Positions 50,257-60,588 of a stretch of 64,000 bases of DNA are shown here, piece by piece (the first letter of the stretch is position 1; each line of letters opens with the position of its first letter). Source of the stretch: an uncultured delta proteobacterium (lineage in GTDB: Bacteria > Desulfobacterota > Binatia > UBA9968); NCBI GenBank assembly GCA_963771465.1, contig CAVYTU010000015.1, positions 256,001 to 320,000 on the forward strand. The letters run 5' to 3'. Made by a program: the position numbers and the translations under genes. The notes below the pieces were generated by a model. That model was not told the origin of the DNA and made no database searches. It saw nothing but the letters and a program-made list of their open reading frames with translations.

Positions 50257-50919
50257 CTAAAAATCCAAATCGTTGCTCGACATTTTCCTTTTCTGAGCTG
50301 GAACTCCGTCGTAAACTCCCCAAGGTTCTGTATCTTTGGTAACGCACGCTCCCATCGCAATTAGGGAGCCTTCCGCAATACGAAGGCCGTCTCGGATAGT
50401 CGAGTTGACCCCAAAGAAAGAGTACGGTTCGACCATACAGTGTCCTGAAAGTACAACGTGAGAGGTGAAGAAAACGTGGTCTCTAATCACGCTATGATGC
50501 CCGATGTGATTGCCACTCCATAAAATCACATTGCTGCCAACAGATGTATATGGTTGGATAGTGTTATCTTCCAAAATAAAACAGTTGTCGCCAATTTTTG
50601 CGCCCGGAAAAACGCTTGCCTTCGAACTAACATAGCTAATCAGTTCGTAACCCTTGGCTTTCGCCTGCATATAAATGGACTCGCGGAGACGATTCATTTT
50701 CCGATGCGACATCGGCGCAAAAAATCTAAATTCAGGCGGCCTGTAAGTGGTCTCTATCTCTTCAAATGGAACAATCGGTAGGCCCTCAAAAATTCTCTCT
50801 TCAGGTAGATAATCTCGGGTAACAGTAAATGCCTCCACCTCGTACTCACTATCATGATTAAGATAGAAGTGAGCCAGAGAAGCAAAGTCTTGCGCGCCAA
50901 AAATTATGACCTTCGCCAT
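50257..50919 (-). CDS. Sugar acetyltransferase, NeuD/PglD/VioB-type hexapeptide repeat
   Basis: IIFGA N-domain; IGDNCFI, IGHHSVI and GVPA left-handed beta-helix repeats. Confidence 0.88.
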   Translation of the reverse strand: MAKVIIFGAQDFASLAHFYLNHDSEYEVEAFTVTRDYLPEERIFEGLPIVPFEEIETTYRPPEFRFFAPMSHRKMNRLRESIYMQAKAKGYELISYVSSKASVFPGAKIGDNCFILEDNTIQPYTSVGSNVILWSGNHIGHHSVIRDHVFFTSHVVLSGHCMVEPYSFFGVNSTIRDGLRIAEGSLIAMGACVTKDTEPWGVYDGVPAQKRKMSSNDLDF

Positions 50920-50931
50920 CCACTAAACCGT

Positions 50932-51567
50932 TTATTTGTATACGTATGTCGTATACTCATAGAGCCCGTAGTCGTTTCTTATGACAAAACTTCTGCTCAA
51001 TTCTTTGATTAGAAAATCAGCCAGGATATCTAAAGGAAGGTGGAATAAATCCTCTCGTTCCCAATCCACCTGCTTGGACATAACATTAAACGCCAGACCC
51101 ATACTGCTTTTATTGAATGCCGTCTTGAGCATCAGCTTGAAATAGCCAAGCATTTCATCGAAAGAAAGCTCCCTCTTTTCCGTGAAAACCCCGTTCATAA
51201 CTACATAATCAAAGCTTGGGAGCTGCCTGCTCTGGTCTAAAATGTCCAGGCAGTAATAGTTATTTTGGGGAAACTTGTTTTTCGACAATTGGATAAACTT
51301 CTCAGACAAATCGAGCCCCGTATAGATGATGCCACGAATATTTCGCTTCAGAATATATTCGTACAGATGAGACGCACCGCAGCCAAAGTCAAGGAGGCGA
51401 ACGTCATGGTCAGTATAGGGTTTGATGATTTCAAGCATAATTCGGTAGCGGGTCTCGGCGTCCTCTTTTTTGGGCCAGTCAACGCCCAAATAACTATCGC
51501 CGTTCTGTGCAAGACAATTTTCATAGTGGGATACGATGCTCAGGTATTTCTTATTCATTACGCTCAA
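50932..51567 (-). CDS. Class I SAM-dependent methyltransferase
   Basis: LLDFGCG, YTGLDLS and FDYVVMNGVF motifs. Confidence 0.88.
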   Translation of the reverse strand: MSVMNKKYLSIVSHYENCLAQNGDSYLGVDWPKKEDAETRYRIMLEIIKPYTDHDVRLLDFGCGASHLYEYILKRNIRGIIYTGLDLSEKFIQLSKNKFPQNNYYCLDILDQSRQLPSFDYVVMNGVFTEKRELSFDEMLGYFKLMLKTAFNKSSMGLAFNVMSKQVDWEREDLFHLPLDILADFLIKELSRSFVIRNDYGLYEYTTYVYK

Positions 51568-52474
51568 CTGAACTCGCCTTGTCGATAGGCCGGAAAATAT
51601 TTCGTGATGCCAAGACCGCTCGCTTTTAATATTTCCTCGTACCGCGCATGATTAAAAATGCGCCCACAGAAGTAAACGGTGCGCGTATCGGTAGACCAGC
51701 CGCGCTTAAAGCGACTCAAGCCATCCGTATTATCTCCTTTGACACCGGCCCCAGCGCCAAGGTCGAGCCAACGCAGCCCATTAGCAGCGAAATGCTCAAT
51801 GGCAAACGAAAACAAACCAAACGAAACCCGCAGCTCGTAGCCAAACTCACTATAAGCCCCTAAATGATAATAGCCGACATTCCCTTGGATGTACCATAAG
51901 AGCATTCCAACTGTAATCACCTTCATGTCTTGCTCGGAACGCTACAATACCAGGAACACACAGCTGCTTCGCAAATGAGTCTCGCGAAAATGCTGCGATG
52001 CCAGAGATTTGATGTCGCCGGATTAGATTCTTGTACAAGCCTACCCATTCGTCGAGATGAGCTGCAGGGTTGGCGCATCGTTCTACACGAACCCGCTGCG
52101 ACACTTTCTTGGTATTGCGACGGTGGTGATCACTGATAACGCTGTCTATAGGACGGCTTCAGATCAACAACGAAGTGTTCTTTGAAGGGCAATACTACGT
52201 CATTGAAGCATAGACGCAAATAATCCTCATCGTAATCACCAAACGGATCCGTGATTAAGGCTACACTGATCAATTCCTGCTTTATCTCATCCAAATCCAC
52301 GTGTAAACTCGACCAATCTCGACAGGCAAACAGTGGATAGGGGCCCATCGCGTCACGATCGGCAAACCCAGGAATCTGTCGCTCCAATATCCAACCTCGG
52401 CTACGAGGCAATTCACGGGGGCTGCCGAACTCTATCAGCGAATTTGTATAATTCGGATGTTGATAACCGTTCAC
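51564..52474 (-). pseudogene. GNAT-family (FemAB/CelD-like) acyltransferase with two frameshifts
   Basis: Three fragments: DAMGPYPLF...DPFG...FKEHFVVDL; WVGLY.NLI.RH; YYHLGAYS...LDLGAGAG...GLSRFKRGW. Confidence 0.75.
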
Positions 52475-53300
52475 AGGAGTTTGCCGTGCTTTTTTATCTC
52501 CACTATGTATAGAACACTCTGCGGCGTAATGCCGTACTGCTTGAACACTTTTTGGCCAAAAAATTTCTGACCAAGCTGATGAACGACAAATGCCGCCTCT
52601 TCTACCCTTTTTAAGAATCCTTGCTTTGAATACAAACGCAGTCATCTTGGCCGAACCGCCTCCACCGCTCGGCGACATCGGTCACTGAAGGATCTTCATC
52701 AATTTCATCAATGCTCAGCACAATCGGCACAACCAGAATACCTTGTCTGTCCCATTTTAAATTCTAAATAATTCTCGCAGTGCCCTCCTATCATCGATGA
52801 CGTGCTCAAGCATGTGCGAGCAAATAAAAAAAATCAAAGTGATTGTCCGAGTAGATTGTCATGTCCACTATATCAACGTTGTCATCGACATCCTGCATAA
52901 GCAAATTGGCTGTCCGATAGACGATGAGGCGATTTAACGCAATAGCCAGATTCTTGATAAAGGACTTTAGCAGCGGTGACGGCGCAAAATCAACGATCCT
53001 GATAGCACTTTCCTGTCGGGCCTTGGCAAAGTATTGCTCGAGATAGAAGGGTATAATCTATCACGAGCACTCCCCCACACGCAGGACATAAATAATTTTT
53101 TACGTTACAGAATTCGGAGTCCTCAAACTTATATTTCAACCGTGCTTTCTGAGATTTTCCAAGAAAAACTCAGGTAGTGGCAGAAAATTTTTTACCGGAT
53201 GGTTGCATAAGGAACAGTAATGCTTTGCGCCAAAAAATACCGGCCGTTAACTGAATCCTTGTAACTGACGATTTAAGATTTTCGCCTCAAAATGCCATCT
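52471..53300 (-). pseudogene. Type 11 methyltransferase with CxxC motifs; several frameshifts and an in-frame stop
   Basis: Manual translation gives CSLC, CPACG, RDRLY, DFAPS, ICSHMLEHVIDDRRALRELFRILK, ERWRRFGQDD and QSVLYIV; mostly missing from the ORF track. Confidence 0.78.
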
Positions 53301-53486
53301 TGCCTTCGCAAGTCATTTTAGCGGTTCACGGTCCGTGCTTTACAAGTGAATTCACTTTTATCTGGTCCACAGCGAATCCTCGAGCCCTGGAATTTCTTTC
53401 TAAATTTGCATCGCATTGAATTTAGCCTTATCTGTATTGTGAGTCATGGCCGGGATTGAGATCAGTATTATTTCGCGGGAGGTCCT

Positions 53487-54167
53487 ATGAGTGATCCACG
53501 TGATGAGTACCTGAGCCAGATCGTTAAAGGCAAGTCCTTTGCCGACGTAGGGGGTCTGTGGGGTACAGTAAGCGAAAAAGTGTCAGTGGCACATCGATAC
53601 GGCGCGAGTGCCTTAACCATGATCGATGTTGCTCCACCGCCAAACGAAGAATGGCGGTTATTTGAGGAGCGCAGACGAGACCTGCGGCTTCCTCCGGTGA
53701 ATTGCATCAGTGGCGATGTCGTGTCGTTAGTGGAGAGCAATACATGCCCTCAATTCGACGTGGTGCATTGTTCTGGGGTCCTCTATCACATTCCCGACCC
53801 CGTGCGTTTGGTGGCAGCACTACGCAAAATTACCCGGGAATATCTGATACTTTGCTCCGTGGTCACTGCAACAAGAGTCGAAAGTGATGAGGGCACTCTG
53901 GAACTTCCTAATGCTGCTGCCCTTTTTATTCCGGCTCTGCAGGACCGAGAACACAGAATCCTATCGTCTTACTGGAGGCGCTTCGTCGGTGATCAAGCTC
54001 TCGGCATCACTGGCCCGCAATCATCTTGGCAGTTAGATGACTTCTCTCCGTGGTGGTGGTTGCCAACGGTGGAGTCGCTCAAGTCGATTTGCACGGTTGG
54101 CGGCTTTCGTTTTCATAAAGGTGCTCACTTCTGGAATGACAATACCTTTGTCTTGCTTCTGTCGTAG
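53487..54167 (+). CDS. Class I SAM-dependent methyltransferase
   Basis: GGAGG RBS; SFADVGG, FDVVHCSGVLYHIPDP and WWWLPT motifs. Confidence 0.85.
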   Translation: MSDPRDEYLSQIVKGKSFADVGGLWGTVSEKVSVAHRYGASALTMIDVAPPPNEEWRLFEERRRDLRLPPVNCISGDVVSLVESNTCPQFDVVHCSGVLYHIPDPVRLVAALRKITREYLILCSVVTATRVESDEGTLELPNAAALFIPALQDREHRILSSYWRRFVGDQALGITGPQSSWQLDDFSPWWWLPTVESLKSICTVGGFRFHKGAHFWNDNTFVLLLS

Positions 54168-54343
54168 GCGACGACACCGAGTGGACAGATGTCGTCAACT
54201 CCACAATTGAAATCCTCTGTAACAATTCTAACTGAGTTTCGTCAGGCGGGCCCATGTTGGGTTCCTGCCTCCTCTGAATTTTGGCTTTAATAACGGCCGT
54301 CATAGCCACTACAGCATCCTTCGGCGTGACCTCGGCTGCGTGG

Positions 54344-56167
54344 CTATTCAGCTAGCAGTTCTCCCGGCGTAGCTCCGGGGTTCTGGATTAGCCCCCGTAT
54401 AAGCCTCAAATATACGTCGGCGTATCCGCGTGAATCGTGACGCCTACGAACCAAAGCTGCGCCGTTCTTGGCGACCCTCCGGCGTTTTTCCGCCGGCTCA
54501 CTCAGCACACGCTCGAGGGCAAGCGTGAGCGCACCGAGGTCGCACGGGCGACACAAGTAACCGGTTTCCCCATCGTTGATTAATTCCGGTAGTCCAAATA
54601 CCTCAGTCGCAAGGACAGGGACTTCAAACGCCATTGCCTCGAGGACGCATCTGGGCATCGATTCTACGTCCGATGGGCAGACAAACAGATCGGCCGACGC
54701 ATACCACTCGTAGGGTTCCGGAACCACCGGCGAAATGAGAACACGGTGCTCGAGTCCAGCAGCCATAACATAGGAGCGCACTGCCTCTCCATACGGGGAA
54801 CCCGTATCGCCGACCAGGACAAGAAAGGCATCAGAATGCGCCTCAGCGATCTCTCTGAAAGCCTGGAGCAGGATAACTTGCGACTTGCGCGGTTCGATGG
54901 TGCTCATGCACAGAATAACAGTTGCGCTCTTGGGAATGCCGAGTCGCCCGCGGGCAGCGTCCTTGTCAAACGAGGCCCGGTAATGATCTATTTGCACTAC
55001 GTCGATACCGTAGGGAACAATGATGAACCGATCAGGATCACCGTACGACTGATACAGGATCCGTGTGGCTTCGGCTTCGAACACAACCGCCGCGGCTTTG
55101 CCTAGCGCGTCGGTGACGTTTCGCCGGATTTGGGGATGCGCGCCCGGGGGCGCGTGAGCCACGGTCCAGAGTACATGGGGTTTATAGCTCTCGTGGATGG
55201 CCCATACAAAAGGAATCCCCAAGCGGACGGCCACCTCGGGGCCGGGAAAAGAAACCACCGTGTTCACTAGTACCGAGTTGAATCCTTGGGGGCGCGCCCA
55301 GGCGACGAGTTCATTGACCTGACCTTCAAACGTCTCGAATTGTAGATAAGGGTATCCGTGGATCACATGGACCGGAATGCCCAATTTTTCGAATGCTGAA
55401 CGCAATGGGCCGTCGTCAGGTGCCACTACCGTACTGGTAAAGTCATCCCGGCAAGCGAGTTGGCGAAGAAGCTCGTACAGGTACAGCTGTCCGCCTCCGA
55501 ACCCCAGATGATGGGTAAAGGCAAGAAGTCTAATTTGTTTCTCGCCAGTCTGGGAGCGCACCGACACCGCGCGCTCGCGCTGTGCGCGAAGCTGCTCCGC
55601 TCTCCAATTAACCTCGTATGGGGGTTCTCGAGGTTTTACGTGCACCGTGAGCGGGGGAAGCGGATAACATGAACCGTCGAGGTCGTAGACGTCCGCGGCC
55701 AACGTAACAGAGCGGCGTTCGTCCGGCACGGTGGTAAGGTCAAGAACATACTCGAACCCGCTCACGACAGCGTCCGGTCGCCCCGGGAACGACGCTGCCA
55801 GGTCGGGCCGGTAAACACCAAGACGTGCGGCTCCCTGAACCTCCCCGTCTACGATGATGTCAACCCGCGTGAGGGGCGTGGCGAGAACCGCCCAGCCCCA
55901 CACCCGTATCGCCTCGCGGGGCCGCGTCTCATTCGCCAAGGGGCACTCGATAAAGCCGATTTCTGAAGTGCTCAACATCCGCCTGCCAAACCTGTGAATG
56001 TGCTGACGCGTAAGGTCGGATGTTGGATCCTTAGGCAAGACCAGAGTCCTAAGACTGCGTTTTACAAGATCGTAGGAATAGCGTCGTCTCGTCCCGAAAG
56101 GAAGAAGCCGGTCACGTAAATCTCGAAGTTTCACAATGCGCCCACGCGAAGTTATTTTTGATTTCAC
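54344..56167 (-). CDS. Glycosyltransferase family 4 with N-terminal Ig-like domain (probably 5'-truncated)
   Basis: VWGWA...RPDLA...SGF Ig-like module; HHLGFGGGQ, WAIHES, EPRKSQ and ESMPRCVLEAMA motifs. Confidence 0.85.
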   Translation of the reverse strand: MKSKITSRGRIVKLRDLRDRLLPFGTRRRYSYDLVKRSLRTLVLPKDPTSDLTRQHIHRFGRRMLSTSEIGFIECPLANETRPREAIRVWGWAVLATPLTRVDIIVDGEVQGAARLGVYRPDLAASFPGRPDAVVSGFEYVLDLTTVPDERRSVTLAADVYDLDGSCYPLPPLTVHVKPREPPYEVNWRAEQLRAQRERAVSVRSQTGEKQIRLLAFTHHLGFGGGQLYLYELLRQLACRDDFTSTVVAPDDGPLRSAFEKLGIPVHVIHGYPYLQFETFEGQVNELVAWARPQGFNSVLVNTVVSFPGPEVAVRLGIPFVWAIHESYKPHVLWTVAHAPPGAHPQIRRNVTDALGKAAAVVFEAEATRILYQSYGDPDRFIIVPYGIDVVQIDHYRASFDKDAARGRLGIPKSATVILCMSTIEPRKSQVILLQAFREIAEAHSDAFLVLVGDTGSPYGEAVRSYVMAAGLEHRVLISPVVPEPYEWYASADLFVCPSDVESMPRCVLEAMAFEVPVLATEVFGLPELINDGETGYLCRPCDLGALTLALERVLSEPAEKRRRVAKNGAALVRRRHDSRGYADVYLRLIRGLIQNPGATPGELLAE

Positions 56168-56376
56168 GCCGCTCGACTAGGGGGCTATTTAGTCTATCCT
56201 ATGTTGCAACGCATGCGCTAGTACTTCAATCTTATGCCGCAAATAACAAGATTTTCCTCATGACCCATCAATCTGTGACATTGTATCGATCATACCAAGA
56301 GAAATACTAAGGAAACTTTATTCGAAGCAAGCGGCAGTCGAGTAGGTGTCAGAGAACATATCAATAAATTTTTTCT

Positions 56377-58260
56377 CTAGAAGCGGGCTTGATACTCAGG
56401 GGAATTTATAAATGCACCAATCGCCGATGTGAGCGGCACTCCTGAGTTCAACACTCCAACCCATCCAGAAAAGCCTCCGGGGTCAGGGTCCCGCCGCAGC
56501 ATATCAAAATACAAAAGCGAGATGTCCACCCGGTTCTGGCTTGCACTGAGATTCTGAAACTCACCCGAATCCAAAAAACCTAATGCCACCTGTGCCCTAG
56601 TTACCTGTCCGCTATTGAGTGCCTGCGCCCAACCATTAAATCCCCCAGGGTCCGATGAACGGAGCAGTATATTGTTGTACATCGTCTCTACAAATTGCCC
56701 GTTGGTTAGATTACTGCCAAACCTAGACTGAAACTCGCCTGAGTTCAAAAACACCTGTACAATCTGCTCTCGCGATACCCCCGCCACCAATGCCCCTAAC
56801 CAACCCCGAAACCCAGCATGGTCGGCGTCTCGCGTCAAAATTCCTAAGTAGCTCTGGGCGATAAACTTCCCCTCAAAGCGGAATTCCCCGGAATTCATGA
56901 ACGCTTCAATCAAATCGGCCTTCGATAACCCACTGTCCAGTGCATTCACCCAGCCAGAAAATCCCCCAGGGTCGGGCTCGCGATCTAGAAAATCCAAATA
57001 CTGCTCACGGACGAACACTGGATGATCGTTTGGAAACTGACGGGAAATGACAAAGATCTTACCCTGTCCAAAGGAAAGGACATAAAGCAAGCCATCTGGA
57101 CCCACCTTGAGATCTGTGATTCCACCGAAACCCGTTCCTAAAATGAGCTCTTGAAGTTCTCCACTACTGTCAGCTACCAGATCGGTGAGTCCGAGACTTG
57201 TAAATTCAAAACCATCTCGGGTCGCATTAACTTTGAAATAATAGAGGTTACCGTTATTAATATCGCCAACAAAGACATCGTTCTGGTAATCGACTCCCAG
57301 AAGAGGGGATTGCATGAATACGATAGCGGTTGGCCCTACTGTATTAAGCCATGAGAACTTCGGATCAGCATAATGCGAACCAGGGAAAAGCACCAGATCG
57401 CCAACGCCCTGAGGGTCGCGGCTGTTCGGTCCCATGATCTTTTCCCATCCGCTATTAAACCCTGGCAGGACCAAATTAACTTCATCGTAACTGTCCGGCC
57501 CGTTCTCGGTATCCCAAAGTTCGCCGGTGAGTGGATCAAAGGCCAAGCCAAAGCTATTTCGAACCCCATAGGCATAATACTTTGCCAGTTCTGCCCCAAA
57601 AGGATTATCGTTCGGGATGGAGCCGTCGTCGTTGATGCGGAATATTACGCCGGTATCGTCCGGGTCCGGCCCAGAGGAGAAGTTCTGCAGCTTGCCATCG
57701 CGGTTAAGATCCCCGATCACCACATAAAGCTTTCCATCGAGGCCAAAGGTTATGGTTCCACCATTATGATTCGGCCCTGGTGTGACAGGCAAATTCAGAA
57801 TCAGAGTAGGCGTTACAAGAGCGCTGCCATTCCAAGTATAGCGATAGACGCGGTTTGCCAGAGGAAAGCCTGTACTATCGTTCCCGGTATTGCTCTCCGT
57901 GTAGTAGAGGTATACGAACGGTATAGCCGGAAAATTCGGATGGACTGCGATACCCAGTAGTCCGCGCTCGCTATTGTTATCAATAGCGACATCGAGCACT
58001 TGACCGGGTTGGAGCACTCCGTCAATAACCCGCCGAACCCGCCCGTCACCCTTTTGCAACACCAGAATGTCGCTCGGCCCAATAAAAGCCATCGCCGTCG
58101 GTTGGCTCAACCCCACCACGACTTCACTTACTTGAAGTGCAGGATCAGTCAGAGCTTGACCGCGTGAGGGAGACGAAAGAACCTGTAACCAGGATAGACT
58201 GAGCAGTAACCAGACAATTGTCTTGCGCAACCGCACGTTTCGAATTCTCCTCCAGTTCAC
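56377..58260 (-). CDS. Secreted PQQ-dependent glucose/sorbosone dehydrogenase with four DUF4214-type C-terminal repeats
   Basis: Signal peptide; ERGLLGIAVHP, HNGG, AYGVRNSFG, ENGP...DEVN and GPDG motifs; Y..L.R..D.GG..W repeats. Confidence 0.88.
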   Translation of the reverse strand: MNWRRIRNVRLRKTIVWLLLSLSWLQVLSSPSRGQALTDPALQVSEVVVGLSQPTAMAFIGPSDILVLQKGDGRVRRVIDGVLQPGQVLDVAIDNNSERGLLGIAVHPNFPAIPFVYLYYTESNTGNDSTGFPLANRVYRYTWNGSALVTPTLILNLPVTPGPNHNGGTITFGLDGKLYVVIGDLNRDGKLQNFSSGPDPDDTGVIFRINDDGSIPNDNPFGAELAKYYAYGVRNSFGLAFDPLTGELWDTENGPDSYDEVNLVLPGFNSGWEKIMGPNSRDPQGVGDLVLFPGSHYADPKFSWLNTVGPTAIVFMQSPLLGVDYQNDVFVGDINNGNLYYFKVNATRDGFEFTSLGLTDLVADSSGELQELILGTGFGGITDLKVGPDGLLYVLSFGQGKIFVISRQFPNDHPVFVREQYLDFLDREPDPGGFSGWVNALDSGLSKADLIEAFMNSGEFRFEGKFIAQSYLGILTRDADHAGFRGWLGALVAGVSREQIVQVFLNSGEFQSRFGSNLTNGQFVETMYNNILLRSSDPGGFNGWAQALNSGQVTRAQVALGFLDSGEFQNLSASQNRVDISLLYFDMLRRDPDPGGFSGWVGVLNSGVPLTSAIGAFINSPEYQARF

Positions 58261-58929
58261 AAAAAGATGTGTGACAAGGCCGTCGGTACCCTAGAAGCGA
58301 GCTTGATATTCTGGGGAGTTAATAAATGCACCAATCGCCGATGTGAGCGGCGCTCCTGAGTTCAACACTCCAACCCATCCAGAAAAGCCCCCGGGGTCAG
58401 GGTCCCGCCGCAGCATATCAAAATACAAAAGCGAGATGTCCACCCGGTTCTGACTTGCACTGAGATTCTGAAACTCACCCGAATCCAAAAAACCTAATGC
58501 CACCTGTGCCCTAGTTACCTGTCCGCTATTGAGTGCCTGCACCCAACCATTAAATCCCCCAGAGTCCAACGGACGCAGCAATATGTTATTGTACATCGTC
58601 TCCACAAACTGCCCGTTGGTTAGATTGCTGCCAAACCTAGATTGAAATTCACCTGAGTCCAAAAATACCTGTACAATCTGCTCCCGCGATACCCCCGCTA
58701 ACAATGCTGCTAACCAACCCCGAAAACCAGCATGGTCGGCGTCTCGCGTCAAAATTCCTAAGTAGCTCTGGGCGATAAACTTCCCCTCAAAGCGGAATTC
58801 CCCGGAATTCATGAACGCTTCAATCAAATCGGCCTTCGATAACCCACTGTTCAGCGCATTCACCCAGCCAGAAAATCCCCCAGGGTCAGGCTCGCGATCT
58901 AGGAAGTCGAGATATTGCTGGCGGACAAA
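56377..58929 (-). repeat. 639-bp direct duplication (56377-57015 and 58291-58929) encoding the DUF4214 tail
   Basis: Offset 1914 bp; 10 amino-acid differences over about 212 residues by eye. Confidence 0.95.
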
Positions 58930-60588
58930 GGTTTCGGTATCCAAAATGGATGGAACATACGTCAGCGTATCGCTGACGATTGGCGAAACATTGCCAACAC
59001 TGTTGATGGCGCGGACTTGGATGGTATGGGTCCCCGATGTAAGAACTGGTGCGAATTGAAAATCCTCGACATCCTCATCGAATGCACCGTCGATTGCGCT
59101 GGCCAATTGCCACGGCCCGCTGTCGACGCGAAACTCGACGCTAGTGATAAAATTTATCGTCACGTCAGTCTCCGTGGGTGAGACGAATGGCGTATCAAAA
59201 GCATAGCCGGTGTAGGTTGGCGTCGGGTCCATTGTCGGATCGGGACTAAAATGCGTCAACACCGCCGTCACCGTCGTGTCGACCGGATCGTAGCGTTCTT
59301 TACCGTCGCCGTCCGAATCGCGCCAGCCGACCATCTGGCGCGCCGGCAGCGACACTAGATGATTAGGGAAGGCTTGGAATTCTTGAACCGAGGCGTCACC
59401 CATGATCGACGGTGCCGGGTTGGAAACTTCGGCCTCACAGTTGGTATTAGCAATATTGAGATAGCCCGATCGTTCCGATGTCGTGCAGCCGCTCGATGCG
59501 TATTCATCGAGGGCGCCCCAGATGTGACCATGCTCGTGCGCGATGACGATCTCGGAGTCGTTAATGCCCCAACCGTCGTTGTCGTAGGTCAACACCATGA
59601 ACGGGCCGTTGAGATACGCATAGGCGAAACTGCCGTCGAGAAATGAACCGTCATTGTCATTGTTACTGTCGGCGATGAATATCGCGAACGCCCAGTCAGT
59701 GCCAAGCTGATTGCGTCTGTCGTTTAGATAGTTCCTCACCTGCGTGAAATATTGATTACTACTTCCAGGATAACCCAGGTTGCTCATCACTTGACTAATC
59801 CACAGGTCTTCGTCCGAGCTGCTGAGCGTGATCGGCTCGAATGTCGTCGCTACGCTGTGGTGAATGTCGTAGACAAACGTAAGGTTGGCAGGCGCTAACG
59901 CATTGTCCTTCCACCACTGCAAACCCTCGACGATCTTAGCGACGACTAAGTTTTGTCGCGAAGAACTCCAGTTCTCGCCGCTGCCGGTGCTCTCCGGTGT
60001 CATGATCCCCACGGTCATCGAGCCGATGAGATAAGCGCTGGTGTCAAAAAAACCCGGTGCGTTGCTCGCCACCGGCGCTGCCAATTTTGAACCGTCAAGG
60101 GCAACTTGCCGGTCCGGTGCAATGCGCACATCGTTAGGCGGATGGCGGCGAAGTCGCCCGGGCTTGCGGCTCGGTGGCGGCGCCGACGCTTTCATAAACG
60201 CGGCATTCCACACCGCCGCCGCAATCGGCCCGGCGTCGGTCGATTGATTGATGTCGCCGAGTTCCACTGCGCCTTGGTGGATTTGCAGCCCGGCGATCCG
60301 ATTCTTGAGGTCGGCCATTTTCTCGCTGGGCACATAAACGATCGCCGCGTTGGGAGGGAAAATATGATCGACCCGTCCGCCGACGGCGACAATTTCACCG
60401 GCAACATCTTGAATCGTCTGAGACGCTTGCCAAACGATCAGCGAATTGGCTTTCGGCGCGTTTTGCGCCGATACCCCCTGTGGCGTTATCAGCGACAAAA
60501 CAACGAAGAAAAAAATTGCCGTTAATCCGCCACCAGCCGGCAGCGACAAATGCCAACTTGTCGAGGAAATTGGCGGGTGTGAAGTCAT
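58291..60588 (-). CDS. Secreted zinc metallopeptidase (metzincin-like) with Ig-like domain and four DUF4214-type repeats
   Basis: Signal peptide; HEHGHIWGALDEY zinc motif; SIM Met-turn; VEFRVD...W...GTHTIQVRA Ig domain; same tail as neighbouring gene. Confidence 0.82.
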   Translation of the reverse strand: MTSHPPISSTSWHLSLPAGGGLTAIFFFVVLSLITPQGVSAQNAPKANSLIVWQASQTIQDVAGEIVAVGGRVDHIFPPNAAIVYVPSEKMADLKNRIAGLQIHQGAVELGDINQSTDAGPIAAAVWNAAFMKASAPPPSRKPGRLRRHPPNDVRIAPDRQVALDGSKLAAPVASNAPGFFDTSAYLIGSMTVGIMTPESTGSGENWSSSRQNLVVAKIVEGLQWWKDNALAPANLTFVYDIHHSVATTFEPITLSSSDEDLWISQVMSNLGYPGSSNQYFTQVRNYLNDRRNQLGTDWAFAIFIADSNNDNDGSFLDGSFAYAYLNGPFMVLTYDNDGWGINDSEIVIAHEHGHIWGALDEYASSGCTTSERSGYLNIANTNCEAEVSNPAPSIMGDASVQEFQAFPNHLVSLPARQMVGWRDSDGDGKERYDPVDTTVTAVLTHFSPDPTMDPTPTYTGYAFDTPFVSPTETDVTINFITSVEFRVDSGPWQLASAIDGAFDEDVEDFQFAPVLTSGTHTIQVRAINSVGNVSPIVSDTLTYVPSILDTETFVRQQYLDFLDREPDPGGFSGWVNALNSGLSKADLIEAFMNSGEFRFEGKFIAQSYLGILTRDADHAGFRGWLAALLAGVSREQIVQVFLDSGEFQSRFGSNLTNGQFVETMYNNILLRPLDSGGFNGWVQALNSGQVTRAQVALGFLDSGEFQNLSASQNRVDISLLYFDMLRRDPDPGGFSGWVGVLNSGAPLTSAIGAFINSPEYQARF

